DNA from: Propionibacterium freudenreichii subsp. freudenreichii
GTDB taxonomy: Bacteria; Actinomycetota; Actinomycetes; Propionibacteriales; Propionibacteriaceae
Direction: 5' to 3'
NCBI RefSeq assembly: GCF_000940845.1
Contig: NZ_CP010341.1
Location: 1,290,001 to 1,322,000 of the forward strand
DNA: 32,000 nt
A program made the translations under genes and the position numbers. Shown one piece after another: positions 8,852 to 19,444 of this stretch (its first letter is position 1; the number at the start of each line of letters is the position of its first letter). The notes below the pieces were generated by a model, which was given only the letters and a program-made list of their open reading frames with translations, did not search any database and was not told the origin of the DNA.

Positions 8852-8912
8852 CAGGTGGCGGGCAGGATCGGCAGGTGGGCGGCGTCAGCAGGTGGCGGGC
8901 AGGACGCCCGCC
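8852..8912. repeat. Short direct repeats (CAGGTGGCGGGCAGGA x2 plus a degenerate copy) ending in a 7-bp hairpin, in the convergent pduO/lplA gap
   Basis: caggtggcgggcagga occurs at 8852-8867 and 8889-8904, with degenerate caggtgggcggcg at 8872-8884. The hairpin is ggcgggc (8894-8900), loop aggac, gcccgcc (8906-8912), 16 nt from the lplA stop. It is a possible terminator. Confidence 0.4.
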
Positions 8913-8927
8913 GGGAATGGTTCGGGC

Positions 8928-9992
8928 TCAGGGAACCCGATAGGTCCACTCAGGGGTGTTGAACTTGGTGTCGACCAGCTGTTGGGCCCGAGCCATCTCC
9001 TCGGGCGTGTAATCGGAATCGACGCAGTTGTAGCGATTCTTGAAGTACGCCAGGAACCTGGTGAAGATCTCGTCGCGGGGCAGCCCGGTCTGTGAGCGCA
9101 TCGGGTCGACGCGCTTGTTGGCGCTCTTCGTCCCCTTGTCGGACAGCTTCTCCCGCCCGATGCGCAGCACCTCCATCATCTTGTCGGCGTCGATGTCGTA
9201 GCTCATCGTCACATGGTGGAGCACCGTGCCATCGACCAGCCGGCGCTGGGCGGCGCCTCCGATCTTCCCCTTGTCGCTGGCGATGTCGTTGAGCGGCTTG
9301 TAGGTGGCGTTCACACCCACCTCTGCCAGCGCACCGAGCACCCAGTCATCCAAGTAGGCGTAGGACTGTTCGTAGCTGAGTCCCTCGACGAGGGATCCGG
9401 GGACGACCATCGAGTAGGTGAGGCAGTTGCCCTGCTCCATGAACATCGCCCCGCCGCCGGTGATGCGACGCACCACCTTGATGCCGTACTTGCGCGCGTT
9501 GGCCTCATCCACCTCATTGCGCACCGACTGGAACGAGCCGATGACCACCAGGGGCCGGTCCCAGTCCCAGAAGCGGAAGACCGGTCCGCGCACGCCCTGC
9601 GACACCTCATCGGGGATTACCTGGTCCAGGGCCACGTGCAGCGTCGGATCCATCACCTTGGGTCCCATGACCTCGAAGGTCAGGTCGTTCCATCCGAGCG
9701 CGCCGCGCACTGCCCGACGAACCGCGATACCCACTGCCTCCGGATCGAAGCCGATCAGTCGCGCGTCGGGCGACAGCCGCGCCCGGATTGCCGCGGCGAG
9801 GTCAGCCACGCTGGCGTTGGCCGGCTGGCCTTCCAACGCCGCATTGATCTCGTCCAAGGCATCATCCGGTTCCAGGAAGAAGTCCCCCGATACGTGCACG
9901 CGTGCGAGCCGCCCGTCCACGATCTCCAGATCGACGGCCACCAGTTTTCCTCCACGCACCTTGTACTCGCCGCGCAACGCTGCCTCGGCCAT
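8928..9992 (-). CDS. lplA: Lipoate-protein ligase, circularly permuted (accessory domain N-terminal)
   Basis: ATG (complement of 9990-9992) is preceded by GGGGGAGA. Residues 1-95 (YKVRGGKLVAVDLEIVDGRLARVHVSGDFFLEPDDAL) resemble the LplA C-terminal accessory domain. The catalytic domain follows (RFWDWDRPLVVIGSFQ...VVRRITGGGAMFME...DKGKIGGAAQRR). Confidence 0.8.
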   Translation of the reverse strand: MAEAALRGEYKVRGGKLVAVDLEIVDGRLARVHVSGDFFLEPDDALDEINAALEGQPANASVADLAAAIRARLSPDARLIGFDPEAVGIAVRRAVRGALGWNDLTFEVMGPKVMDPTLHVALDQVIPDEVSQGVRGPVFRFWDWDRPLVVIGSFQSVRNEVDEANARKYGIKVVRRITGGGAMFMEQGNCLTYSMVVPGSLVEGLSYEQSYAYLDDWVLGALAEVGVNATYKPLNDIASDKGKIGGAAQRRLVDGTVLHHVTMSYDIDADKMMEVLRIGREKLSDKGTKSANKRVDPMRSQTGLPRDEIFTRFLAYFKNRYNCVDSDYTPEEMARAQQLVDTKFNTPEWTYRVP

Positions 9993-10015
9993 GGTGTCTC
10001 CCCCTGTCAGCTGAC

Positions 10016-10474
10016 CTAGTCGAATTCGCGATAGCTTTCGCCACCGGGGGGGCCCGCTTCGAGCCACGCCATGAGGCCCATGAGCGACTCCGGCGCGAGA
10101 CCCAACTCCATCACATGCTCCGCCCCACCTGGAGTGTGCACCTCAAGGCGGACGATCCGGTGGCTGTTCACTGCCAGCAGACCGTCCTGGGGGCTCGGTG
10201 CCCGATGGTCCATGAGGCGGGCCCCCCGGCGGCGAATCACCAAGGTGGGTCGGAAGCTCGCCGACAGCATCTTGTACCACAGCAACGAATTGCCCGAGTA
10301 GCGGGCCACACCGGGAACCCACCGCGAACCATTCCTCGGCAGGCGCTGGCGCACCTCGCAGCTGAAGATCCCCTCACGGCTCAGGAGCCACTGCCGCCTG
10401 GCAATGAGCACGCCGAGGCCGGCCACGACGGCCAGCGCCAGCACCACAGCCACGATCTCGAGCGCGGCGATCAT
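10016..10474 (-). CDS. DUF2550-family membrane-anchored protein (Rv1312-like, conserved downstream of atpC)
   Basis: 152 aa with an N-terminal TM helix (IAALEIVAVVLALAVVAGLGVLIA), then ...RWVPGVARYSGNSLLWYKMLSASFRPTLVI... The position immediately after atpC matches the actinobacterial pattern. Confidence 0.7.
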   Translation of the reverse strand: MIAALEIVAVVLALAVVAGLGVLIARRQWLLSREGIFSCEVRQRLPRNGSRWVPGVARYSGNSLLWYKMLSASFRPTLVIRRRGARLMDHRAPSPQDGLLAVNSHRIVRLEVHTPGGAEHVMELGLAPESLMGLMAWLEAGPPGGESYREFD

Positions 10475-10515
10475 GAAGCGATCGCCCTGTGCTCGTTATC
10501 CATCGTCGCGGACCC

Positions 10516-10982
10516 CTAGTCCCCCGGCGCGATCTTTGCGGGCTGCGGGGTGATCTCCGAGTAGCTCTGGCCCTTCATCTTCGCCTGGTACTGGCCGGCG
10601 GCCCGCAGCTGTGCCAACGCACGGTTGTATTCGCGGGCCTCGTCGGTGGTGGCCTCCGAGCTGTCGATGCGCTCATGCAGGTTCGCGACCGTCACCCGCG
10701 CCTGTTCCACGGAGATCTCCTGCGCGAGCTCGGCAAACGAACTCAGGAGCGATACGCGATTACGGAAGACCGAGATGAACCCGTCGGACACCGCGATGAT
10801 CTCGTCGATGCCCTCCGGGGTGGTCACCTGCACGGCGCTGGGAACCAGCGCCGCCATGAACGGCTCGTGGTCGGCGAGGATACCGATATCGCCTTCGGTC
10901 GTACGGGCGACGAGCGAGACGGCCTGGCCCTCCCAGACCTTGCCCTCCGCAGCCACCACCTCGACCTGGAGAAGATTCGGCA

Positions 10983-10983
<1 letters not shown>
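10516..10983 (-). CDS. atpC: F1 ATP synthase subunit epsilon
   Basis: The start is ATG at the complement of 10981-10983, overlapping the atpD stop by 1 nt. Sequence: MPNLLQVEVVAAEGKVWEGQAVSLVARTTEGDIGILADHEPFMAAL... At 155 aa it has a longer than usual C-terminal tail. Confidence 0.9.
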
Positions 10984-12434
<1,451 letters not shown>

Positions 12435-13370
12435 TCACATCTCCTGTGTTGATTCGGACAACGCGCTCGCGCCGCCCACGATTTCGGTGATTTCCTGGGT
12501 GATCTCGGCCTGGCGCGCGGTATTGGCCTGACGCGTCAGGGTGTCGATCAGTTGCTGGGCATTGTCAGTGGCCGAGTGCATGGCCTGCTGGCGGGCCGCC
12601 AGCTCGGACGCCGCCGACTCACGCAGCATGTACTTGATCCGATCGATCACGTACAGCGGCAGGAGTGCGTCCAGGACCGTCTCGGCATCGGGCTCGAAGT
12701 TGTAGGGCGGTGCGATCTCCGCATTGTCGCTCACGACGTCGTCGCCGGCGTGGGCCGTCTCCTCCTGGTCGCGCACGACCTGCAGGGGAAGGAGCCGCAC
12801 CAATTCGGTGCGCTGGGAGACCAGGGACAGGAACCGCGTGTACACCACGTGGATCTCATCGACTCCGCCGGCCTCGGTGTCCTTCATGATCTGATCGATC
12901 AGCACCCGCCCGATGTCATGGGCATTGGCGTAGTGCGGATCCTCGGAGAACCCCTGCCACGACTGCTTGATCGGCACATGGCGGAAGTTGAAGTAATCCA
13001 GGGCACGGCGCCCGACCGTGTAGATGTCGGTCTCCAGCCCACCCTCGGCCAGGTGCTTGAGCAGTCCCTCGGAGGCCCTCATCACATTGGCGGGATAACC
13101 GCCGGCCAGACCACGGTCGGAGTTGATCACCAGCACCGCGGCGCGCTTGGGATGCTCCTTGATCTGGGTCAGCCGGTGGTCCTCGCGCGTGTAGGCCGCC
13201 ACGGTTGACACCGCACGCACGAGTTCACGGGTGTATTCGTCGGCGTTGCGGGCCCGCTGCTGGGCCTTGGTGACGCGCGAGGCGGCGATGAGCTCCATGG
13301 CCTTGGTGATCTTCATCGTCGTGGCAACGGAATTTCTCCGTTGCTTCAGCTCACGCAGGGATGTCGCCAT
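12435..13370 (-). CDS. atpG: F1 ATP synthase subunit gamma
   Basis: 311 aa: MATSLRELKQRRNSVATTMKITKAMELIAASRVTKAQQRA ... TRQANTARQAEITQEITEIVGGASAL. Its stop directly abuts the atpD ATG (TGAATG). Confidence 0.95.
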   Translation of the reverse strand: MATSLRELKQRRNSVATTMKITKAMELIAASRVTKAQQRARNADEYTRELVRAVSTVAAYTREDHRLTQIKEHPKRAAVLVINSDRGLAGGYPANVMRASEGLLKHLAEGGLETDIYTVGRRALDYFNFRHVPIKQSWQGFSEDPHYANAHDIGRVLIDQIMKDTEAGGVDEIHVVYTRFLSLVSQRTELVRLLPLQVVRDQEETAHAGDDVVSDNAEIAPPYNFEPDAETVLDALLPLYVIDRIKYMLRESAASELAARQQAMHSATDNAQQLIDTLTRQANTARQAEITQEITEIVGGASALSESTQEM

Positions 13371-13372
13371 GG

Positions 13373-15010
13373 TCAGGACCTCTTCGTGGCCACGATCTTG
13401 GCCTGGTTGATGTCCTCATTGCCGACCTTCTCCGAATCCCTGGCACCGGCCAGCAATTGGCCGTCGCTGGTGCGGAAGGTCTGCTTGAACGAGGCGATCC
13501 TGTCATCGAGGGAGGCCACGGTCTCGTCGCTCAGCGCACCGCTGGATGCGATGGTGGTGAGCAGGTCGGTGCTCTCGCGCAGGAATTCCAGGAACTCGGA
13601 CTCGAAGCGCAGCACATCGTCCACGGGCACGTCGTCCAGCTTGCCGTTGACGCCGGCCCAGATCGAGACGGCCTGCTCCTCCATGCGCAGCGGCTGGGCC
13701 TGCTGCTGGCGCAGCAGCTCTGTGAGGCGTGCGCCCCGGTCGAGCTGGCGGCGACTGGTCGCGTCGAGGTCCGAGGCGAACATGGCGAAGGCCTGCATGT
13801 CGCGGTACTGGGCCAGGTCGATCTTGAGCGTTCCCGAGACCTTCTTCATGGCCTTGGTCTGGGCAGCGCCGCCGACGCGGCTCACCGAGTTGCCGACGTC
13901 GACAGCCGGCCGCTGGTTGGCGTTGAACAGATCGGAGAGCAGGAAGATCTGACCGTCGGTGATCGAGATCACGTTCGTCGGGATGTAGGCCGAGATGTCG
14001 TTGGCCTTCGTCTCGACGATCGGCAATCCGGTCATGGATCCCGCACCGAGCTCGTCCGACAGCTTCGCGCAACGTTCCAGCAGGCGGGAGTGCAGGTAGA
14101 ACACATCGCCGGGGTAGGCCTCGCGGCCCGGCGGGCGGCGCAGCAGCAGCGACATTGCCCGATAGGCCTCCGCCTGCTTGGTCAGGTCGTCGAAGACGAT
14201 GAGCACGTGCTTGCCCTCGTACATCCAGTGCTGTCCGATGGACGAGCCGGAGTAGGGGGCGATGTACTTGAAGCCGGCGGGGTCGGATGCCGGGGCATTC
14301 ACGATCACCGTGTACTCCATGGCGCCGGCCTTGCGCAGATTCTCATGAACCTCGGCGACGGTGGTGTTCTTCTGGCCGACCGCGACGTAGATGCAGCGCA
14401 CCTGCTTCTTCGGGTCACCGCTGCGCCAGTTGTCGAGCTGGTTGATGATCGTGTCGGTGGCGATGGCGGTCTTGCCGGTCTTGCGGTCACCAATGATCAA
14501 CTCACGCTGACCGCGTCCGATCGGGATCATCGAGTCGACGGCCTTGAGGCCGGTCATCAGGGGCTCGGTGACCTCCTGGCGATCCATCACGCCGGGGGCC
14601 TGGAGCTCGAGGGCGCGACGCCCCGCGATGCCGTCAATGGCACCCTTGCCGTCGATCGGATTGCCCATCGCGTCCACGACACGACCGAGATAGCCGTCGC
14701 CGACCGGCACGGACAGGATCTCACCGGTGCCCCGCACGATCGAGCCCTCGTCGATGCCCTCGGACTCCCCGAGGACCACGACGCCGATCTCCCGCTCGTC
14801 AAGGTTCAGTGCAATGCCCATCGTGCCGTTGTCAAAGCGCAACAGCTCGTTGGCCATGACATTGGGCAGGCCCTCGACGCGCGCGATGCCGTCGCCGGAA
14901 GTGGTGACGTGGCCGACCTCTTCGGGGGCCGCCTGTGTGGGCGTGAAATTGTGGACGAAGGTGTCCAGCGCGTCGCGGATCTCATCCGAGCTGATGCTCA
15001 GTTCAGCCAT
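13373..15010 (-). CDS. atpA: F1 ATP synthase subunit alpha
   Basis: ATG at the complement of 15008-15010 is preceded by AGGAAGG, giving 545 aa. Walker A is [24 protein letters not shown] is a typical alpha N-terminus. The track start at 15079 adds 23 unsupported residues. Confidence 0.95.
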   Translation of the reverse strand: MAELSISSDEIRDALDTFVHNFTPTQAAPEEVGHVTTSGDGIARVEGLPNVMANELLRFDNGTMGIALNLDEREIGVVVLGESEGIDEGSIVRGTGEILSVPVGDGYLGRVVDAMGNPIDGKGAIDGIAGRRALELQAPGVMDRQEVTEPLMTGLKAVDSMIPIGRGQRELIIGDRKTGKTAIATDTIINQLDNWRSGDPKKQVRCIYVAVGQKNTTVAEVHENLRKAGAMEYTVIVNAPASDPAGFKYIAPYSGSSIGQHWMYEGKHVLIVFDDLTKQAEAYRAMSLLLRRPPGREAYPGDVFYLHSRLLERCAKLSDELGAGSMTGLPIVETKANDISAYIPTNVISITDGQIFLLSDLFNANQRPAVDVGNSVSRVGGAAQTKAMKKVSGTLKIDLAQYRDMQAFAMFASDLDATSRRQLDRGARLTELLRQQQAQPLRMEEQAVSIWAGVNGKLDDVPVDDVLRFESEFLEFLRESTDLLTTIASSGALSDETVASLDDRIASFKQTFRTSDGQLLAGARDSEKVGNEDINQAKIVATKRS

Positions 15011-15084
15011 GGCGTTTGCCTTCCTGGTTGTCGCATGTTGTCCCGGTACGGGAGTGGTCGTGGGTAACTTGTCGGCCATGGGGC

Positions 15085-15864
15085 TCAGGCCAGCTCACGT
15101 TGGGCTTCGGACAGCTTCGAGGCCACCGTGCCGTCGATCACGTCATCGCCCAGCTCGACGCGGACCCCGCCAAGAACCGACGGGTCGACGTGTTCGGCCA
15201 TGTCCACCGGCTGTCCATACAATCGGCGCAGTTGTTCACCGAGTTCGGCCATTTGGTAGGCGGGCAGGGGCCTTGCCACGGTGACACGTGCCAGGATCCG
15301 GCCAAGGACCTGGCTGGCCAGCTCCATGCACGACCACAGCGCGTCCTGCACGTGCTCGCCGTCACGTACCGCCCGGCCGACCAACATCGCGGTCACGGGG
15401 TCGACCTTGTCGCCGAGCAGTTGGTCGACGAGCTTGGCCCGGGCCTCCTCACCGGCGGTGTGCCCGGCCATGGCAACCCGTAGCTCGTCATGTGTCGCCA
15501 GGGTCTCACGCACCACGTTCAGCTCGGTGCGCACCTGATCGGCGTCTGTGCTGCGCAGGGCGATGCGAATCGCCTGGCGGCCCAGCCCCGAGGTGAATTC
15601 CCGACCGCTGGCCCAATCAAGGGCCAGTGCCTGGACCACGAAGTCGACCGTGGGCCCGCTGAGGCGCTTGCCCAGGAGGGCTCCCGCAAGCTTGCCCCGA
15701 CCCTCGGCCTCCAACGCCGGGTCGGTCAGAGCGCGCCCCAGGTCAGGCTGAGCATTCAGCTCATCCACCAGGGCGAAGAGTTCCGTACTCAGGGACGAGG
15801 TGGCCACGATCTTGTCGGCTGCCTCGTCCAGGCGCTCAATGCGGGTGCCGTTCACGTTGGTCAC
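15085..15864 (-). CDS. atpH: F1 ATP synthase subunit delta (OSCP), long actinobacterial form
   Basis: 259 aa with a GTG start that overlaps the atpF stop (GTGA). The C-terminal OSCP signature is [26 protein letters not shown]. Confidence 0.85.
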   Translation of the reverse strand: MTNVNGTRIERLDEAADKIVATSSLSTELFALVDELNAQPDLGRALTDPALEAEGRGKLAGALLGKRLSGPTVDFVVQALALDWASGREFTSGLGRQAIRIALRSTDADQVRTELNVVRETLATHDELRVAMAGHTAGEEARAKLVDQLLGDKVDPVTAMLVGRAVRDGEHVQDALWSCMELASQVLGRILARVTVARPLPAYQMAELGEQLRRLYGQPVDMAEHVDPSVLGGVRVELGDDVIDGTVASKLSEAQRELA

Positions 15865-16415
15865 TTTCCGATGGTCTGGTTTCGTGCGGGCTGGTTTTCC
15901 AGCTCCTTCAGGAAGCGTTCGACGGTGCGCTTGGCACGCTCGTCGTCGTCGAGGGACTCCCCGACGATGCGTCCGGCCAGGGTGGTTGCCAGTCCGCCGA
16001 CCTGGGTGGTCAACTGGCCGGCGGCGATCTCACGCTCGCTGGCGATCTGGGCACGGGCCTCCGCGATCATGCGGGCCTGTTCCTGCGCGGCCTCGTTCTT
16101 GGCATCGCGCAGGATCTCGGCACTGCGGGTCTTCGCATCCTCGCGGGCCTTTGCCGCCGACTCACGAACCTCAGACAGCTGCGCCTGGTACTGTTCGCGG
16201 GCCTTTGCCGCCTCAGCCTGCACCTGCTCGGCATGCTGGATGCCGCCCTCGATCTCGCTGCTGCGCTTTTCATACAGCTGCTCGAAGCGGGGCGCCACGG
16301 CCTTGGCCACGATGATCCACATGAGCCCCAGGAGCAACAGTCCCGCCAGGAACTCAGGCAGCTCCGGGAGCAGCGGCCCCAAATCGATATGGGGCACCAA
16401 TCCGTTGGGTGTCAT
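15861..16415 (-). CDS. atpF: F0 ATP synthase subunit b
   Basis: ATG at the complement of 16413-16415 gives 184 aa. A single N-terminal TM helix (LPEFLAGLLLLGLMWIIVAKAV) is followed by a long charged helix (FEQLYEKRSSEIEGGIQHAEQVQAEAAKAREQYQ...). Confidence 0.85.
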   Translation of the reverse strand: MTPNGLVPHIDLGPLLPELPEFLAGLLLLGLMWIIVAKAVAPRFEQLYEKRSSEIEGGIQHAEQVQAEAAKAREQYQAQLSEVRESAAKAREDAKTRSAEILRDAKNEAAQEQARMIAEARAQIASEREIAAGQLTTQVGGLATTLAGRIVGESLDDDERAKRTVERFLKELENQPARNQTIGK

Positions 16416-16425
16416 CGGCCGAGGC

Positions 16426-16689
<264 letters not shown>

Positions 16690-17571
16690 TCAGTGGGCTG
16701 CGCCCACCGAGGAACCGATGTACTGCGCAGCCAGGATCGTGAAGATATAGGCCTGCAGGAACCCGATGAACAACTCCAGGCACAGCATCGCCACTCCGAA
16801 GAGGAGGGCAAAGACGCCGGTGACATTGTAGAAGCTGTTGTGCACCCAACCGAGCAGCGCGGCACCGCCACCAACGAACACCATGATGGACATATGTCCG
16901 GCGAACATATTGGCGAAGAGTCGCACCGACAGGGTGAGCGGTCGGGTGATGAATGAGGACAGGAATTCCAGCGGGATGATCACCGGGTACAGCCACGGCG
17001 GCACCCCACTGGGAATGAGGGCGACGCGCAGATAGCCCAGGCCGTGCTTGGCGAAGCCGGAGATCACATAGGCCAGAAAGGTCAGGATCGCACCGGCATA
17101 GGCGTAGCTGACGCGCGAGAAGGTCGGGAACATGAACACGAAGGTCTCGCCGAACCAGTTGCTGACCAGGATGAACGAGAACAAGGTGAGCAGGTACGGG
17201 GTGAAGCGGCGGTAGCCGGGGCCGATCATGTCGCGCCCGATGTTGCGGACGAAGTCATAGACGTACTCGGCGAAGAACTGGGCCTTCGAGGGAATCACCT
17301 TGAGGCGACGCGAGGCAATCAGCCAGTAGGCGAGAACACCCACGAATCCGATAATTGCCAGCAGCATCGGCTTGTTGAACCATGTGGTTCCGAACCAGCC
17401 GGAGAACTCGAAATCCTCCTGGCTGGGCGCGTGCCAACTGCTCACTCCCCCGCCGATGCGCTCGGCCAGGAAGGTCAGTGCGATCCAGACCACCAGCATC
17501 GTCACCACAATGGCAACGGGATGGCCCTTTGAGGTCTCGGGAGCGTCCACCACGGTCGCTTCATTACTCAT
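16690..17571 (-). CDS. atpB: F0 ATP synthase subunit a
   Basis: Polytopic membrane protein with the conserved LTLSVRLFANMFAGH motif (essential Arg). ATG at the complement of 17569-17571 is chosen; the track TTG at 17595 is an alternative. Confidence 0.9.
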   Translation of the reverse strand: MSNEATVVDAPETSKGHPVAIVVTMLVVWIALTFLAERIGGGVSSWHAPSQEDFEFSGWFGTTWFNKPMLLAIIGFVGVLAYWLIASRRLKVIPSKAQFFAEYVYDFVRNIGRDMIGPGYRRFTPYLLTLFSFILVSNWFGETFVFMFPTFSRVSYAYAGAILTFLAYVISGFAKHGLGYLRVALIPSGVPPWLYPVIIPLEFLSSFITRPLTLSVRLFANMFAGHMSIMVFVGGGAALLGWVHNSFYNVTGVFALLFGVAMLCLELFIGFLQAYIFTILAAQYIGSSVGAAH

Positions 17572-17788
17572 GACGGCCCCCGAATCGCTTGACAATGAGA
17601 TACACGGCCGCTGCAGTCCCGATCAGCAAACCGGCCGGCAGGAACCATACCGTGTTGAATAGCTTGTCTGCCAGCCAGCCGAGCCCGCCATACAGCGCAA
17701 TTCCGGCCAGGAGATAGGAAACGCTTTGTAGTCCGCTGCCGGGCTGGGCCTGGTCAGGATGCTCGTCATGCTCGACCGGTTCGCTCAT
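17564..17788 (-). CDS. AtpZ/AtpI-family small membrane protein of the ATP synthase operon
   Basis: ATG at the complement of 17786-17788 is preceded by GGGAAGGGAGA, giving 74 aa. There are two TM segments (SVSYLLAGIALYGGLGWLADKLFNTVWFLPAGLLIGTAAAVYLIVKRF), typical of AtpZ. It has an ATGA overlap with the upstream gene and an 8-nt overlap with atpB. Confidence 0.7.
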   Translation of the reverse strand: MSEPVEHDEHPDQAQPGSGLQSVSYLLAGIALYGGLGWLADKLFNTVWFLPAGLLIGTAAAVYLIVKRFGGRHE

Positions 17789-18222
17789 GGCGTCTCCCTT
17801 CCCACCGATGCGTAGATCGGCAAACGAGCGCGACGGTGGGCATCCACCAGTCCCGCAGTCCAACCAATGACCATCGCCAGGACGGTCCACACGAATCCAT
17901 TGCCCCGGTTTGCCCCGGCCAGCAGCCCATGACTCGCCAGGAGCCACAGCACCAGTGCGACCGCTGCCGCGCGCACCAGGAACCCGGCGAGCAGCATGGT
18001 CATCCCGAAGGCATCGGCACGCCGCACCGCCAGGGCGTCACCCACGACTCCGGCAATGAAGTACAGCCCCACCAATCCCACTGCGAGCAACCAGCCGATG
18101 ACCGACTCGAGGCCGCCGACGATGCCGTTGACCACTCCTGCGGGCACAGCGCAGACCATCGCGAACAGCAGGCCACGACGCGTCATCGAGCGCAGCCATG
18201 CACTGTTGACAGAGGGGTTCAA
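17785..18222 (-). CDS. ATP synthase protein I-like hydrophobic membrane protein (Rv1303-like)
   Basis: 145 aa with about four predicted TM helices, positioned between wecA and atpB as in other actinobacteria. The TTG start at 18222 has GAAGGG 9 nt upstream; ATG at 18186 is an alternative. Confidence 0.55.
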   Translation of the reverse strand: MNPSVNSAWLRSMTRRGLLFAMVCAVPAGVVNGIVGGLESVIGWLLAVGLVGLYFIAGVVGDALAVRRADAFGMTMLLAGFLVRAAAVALVLWLLASHGLLAGANRGNGFVWTVLAMVIGWTAGLVDAHRRARLPIYASVGRETP

Positions 18223-18299
18223 CGGTGGGGCCCTTCAGAGCAGTTGGGTGCAACCATGAGTACTTTGAAGTTACCACGCATTGGGCCGCAAGAAACAAT

Positions 18300-19436
18300 T
18301 CAGCGTTCAACCGGTTTGGGCTCGACGAGCCGCCGTGCGGGCGACTTCGGTTGGCGCATGGGAACCACGGTCAACACGATCGCGACCGCAATGGCCACTG
18401 CCACCGCCAGGATCACCGGCCAGTACCAAGCCAGCCCCAGGGCGATGACGCCGAAGGCGATGATCGCGGTCCACATGTACATGATGAGCACCACCTTGAT
18501 CTGCGAGTGTCCACGCTGGAGGAGCCGGTGGTGGAGGTGCTTCTTGTCGGCGACGAACCACCAGTTCCCGTTCCAGGTGCGGCGGATGTAGGCCATTGTC
18601 ATATCGATCAGGGGCAGGGCCATGATCGCTATCGGCAGAACGATCGGGAGCAGGGCCGGCAGTGCGTCACCCCGACTCGGCGTCAGTGCCGACGAGTCGA
18701 TCTGCCCGGTCAACGACAAGGTGCTGCACGCCAGGAGAAGTCCCAGCAACATGGCGCCGGAGTCGCCCATGAACATCTTGGCGCGGAAGAAATTGTGGGG
18801 CAGGAAACCGGCACAGATACCCGCGATCGTCGCCGTGACCAGGCTGGCCGTGGTGGCGACGACGAATTGTTGTTGATAGGCGAGCAGATAGGTGTAGACG
18901 AACATCGCCAGCGAGCCGATGCCCACCACCCCCGCCGCGAGGCCATCGAGCCCGTCGATCAGGTTGATCGCATTCACGCAGACGAAGATGTAGAGCACCG
19001 TGATGAGGATCGAGGTCGGCTCGTCGAGCGCGAAGATCTGGTGCGGCAGGCTCACCCAGTACATGCGCACCCCGTTGAGCACGGCGACGCCCGCAGCAAG
19101 CACCTGACCCGCGATCTTGGCCATCCACGGCAGGTCGATCGCGTCGTCGATCGCCCCGATCACGCAGATCACCAGCGCTGCCAGGAAGATGCCCAGGGCA
19201 TCGCGCGAGACCGTGGGATGACGCCCCAGGAAGGGCATGTGGGCAGCCAGGAGGAAGGCCGCGCCCACCCCGACCAACATGGCAACCCCGCCCAGATAGG
19301 GCGTCGGGGTGGCGTGGACGTCGCGTTCGCGCACAGGGGCCAGCGCACCGGTCCGGATGGCGACCCGTCGACACAGGCCCGCGAACAGATAGGTCGCGGC
19401 GAATGCGGTCAGCATCACCAGGAGGTACTCGCGCAT
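18300..19436 (-). CDS. wecA: Polyprenyl-phosphate GlcNAc-1-phosphate transferase (WecA/Rfe, MraY-like family)
   Basis: 378 aa polytopic protein with the motifs IGAIDDAIDL, NAINLIDGLDGLA and FMGDSGAMLLG. It occupies the position of Rv1302 (rfe). Confidence 0.85.
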   Translation of the reverse strand: MREYLLVMLTAFAATYLFAGLCRRVAIRTGALAPVRERDVHATPTPYLGGVAMLVGVGAAFLLAAHMPFLGRHPTVSRDALGIFLAALVICVIGAIDDAIDLPWMAKIAGQVLAAGVAVLNGVRMYWVSLPHQIFALDEPTSILITVLYIFVCVNAINLIDGLDGLAAGVVGIGSLAMFVYTYLLAYQQQFVVATTASLVTATIAGICAGFLPHNFFRAKMFMGDSGAMLLGLLLACSTLSLTGQIDSSALTPSRGDALPALLPIVLPIAIMALPLIDMTMAYIRRTWNGNWWFVADKKHLHHRLLQRGHSQIKVVLIMYMWTAIIAFGVIALGLAWYWPVILAVAVAIAVAIVLTVVPMRQPKSPARRLVEPKPVER

Positions 19437-19444
19437 GGGGCTGC

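Noticed and set aside
13361-15067. 568-aa plus-strand ORF that mirrors atpA almost exactly (same length, offset 12 nt)
   Set aside because: It is antisense to atpA. GC3-rich coding sequence suppresses stops on the opposite strand, and the product is G/D/R/V/L-rich without motifs. The same reasoning applies to 9213-10019, 10489-11163, 11316-12278, 12552-13208, 15490-16677, 17836-18591, 18225-19565, 19829-20569, 21303-21863, 24013-24963, 25131-25742, 26393-27097 and 27147-28130.
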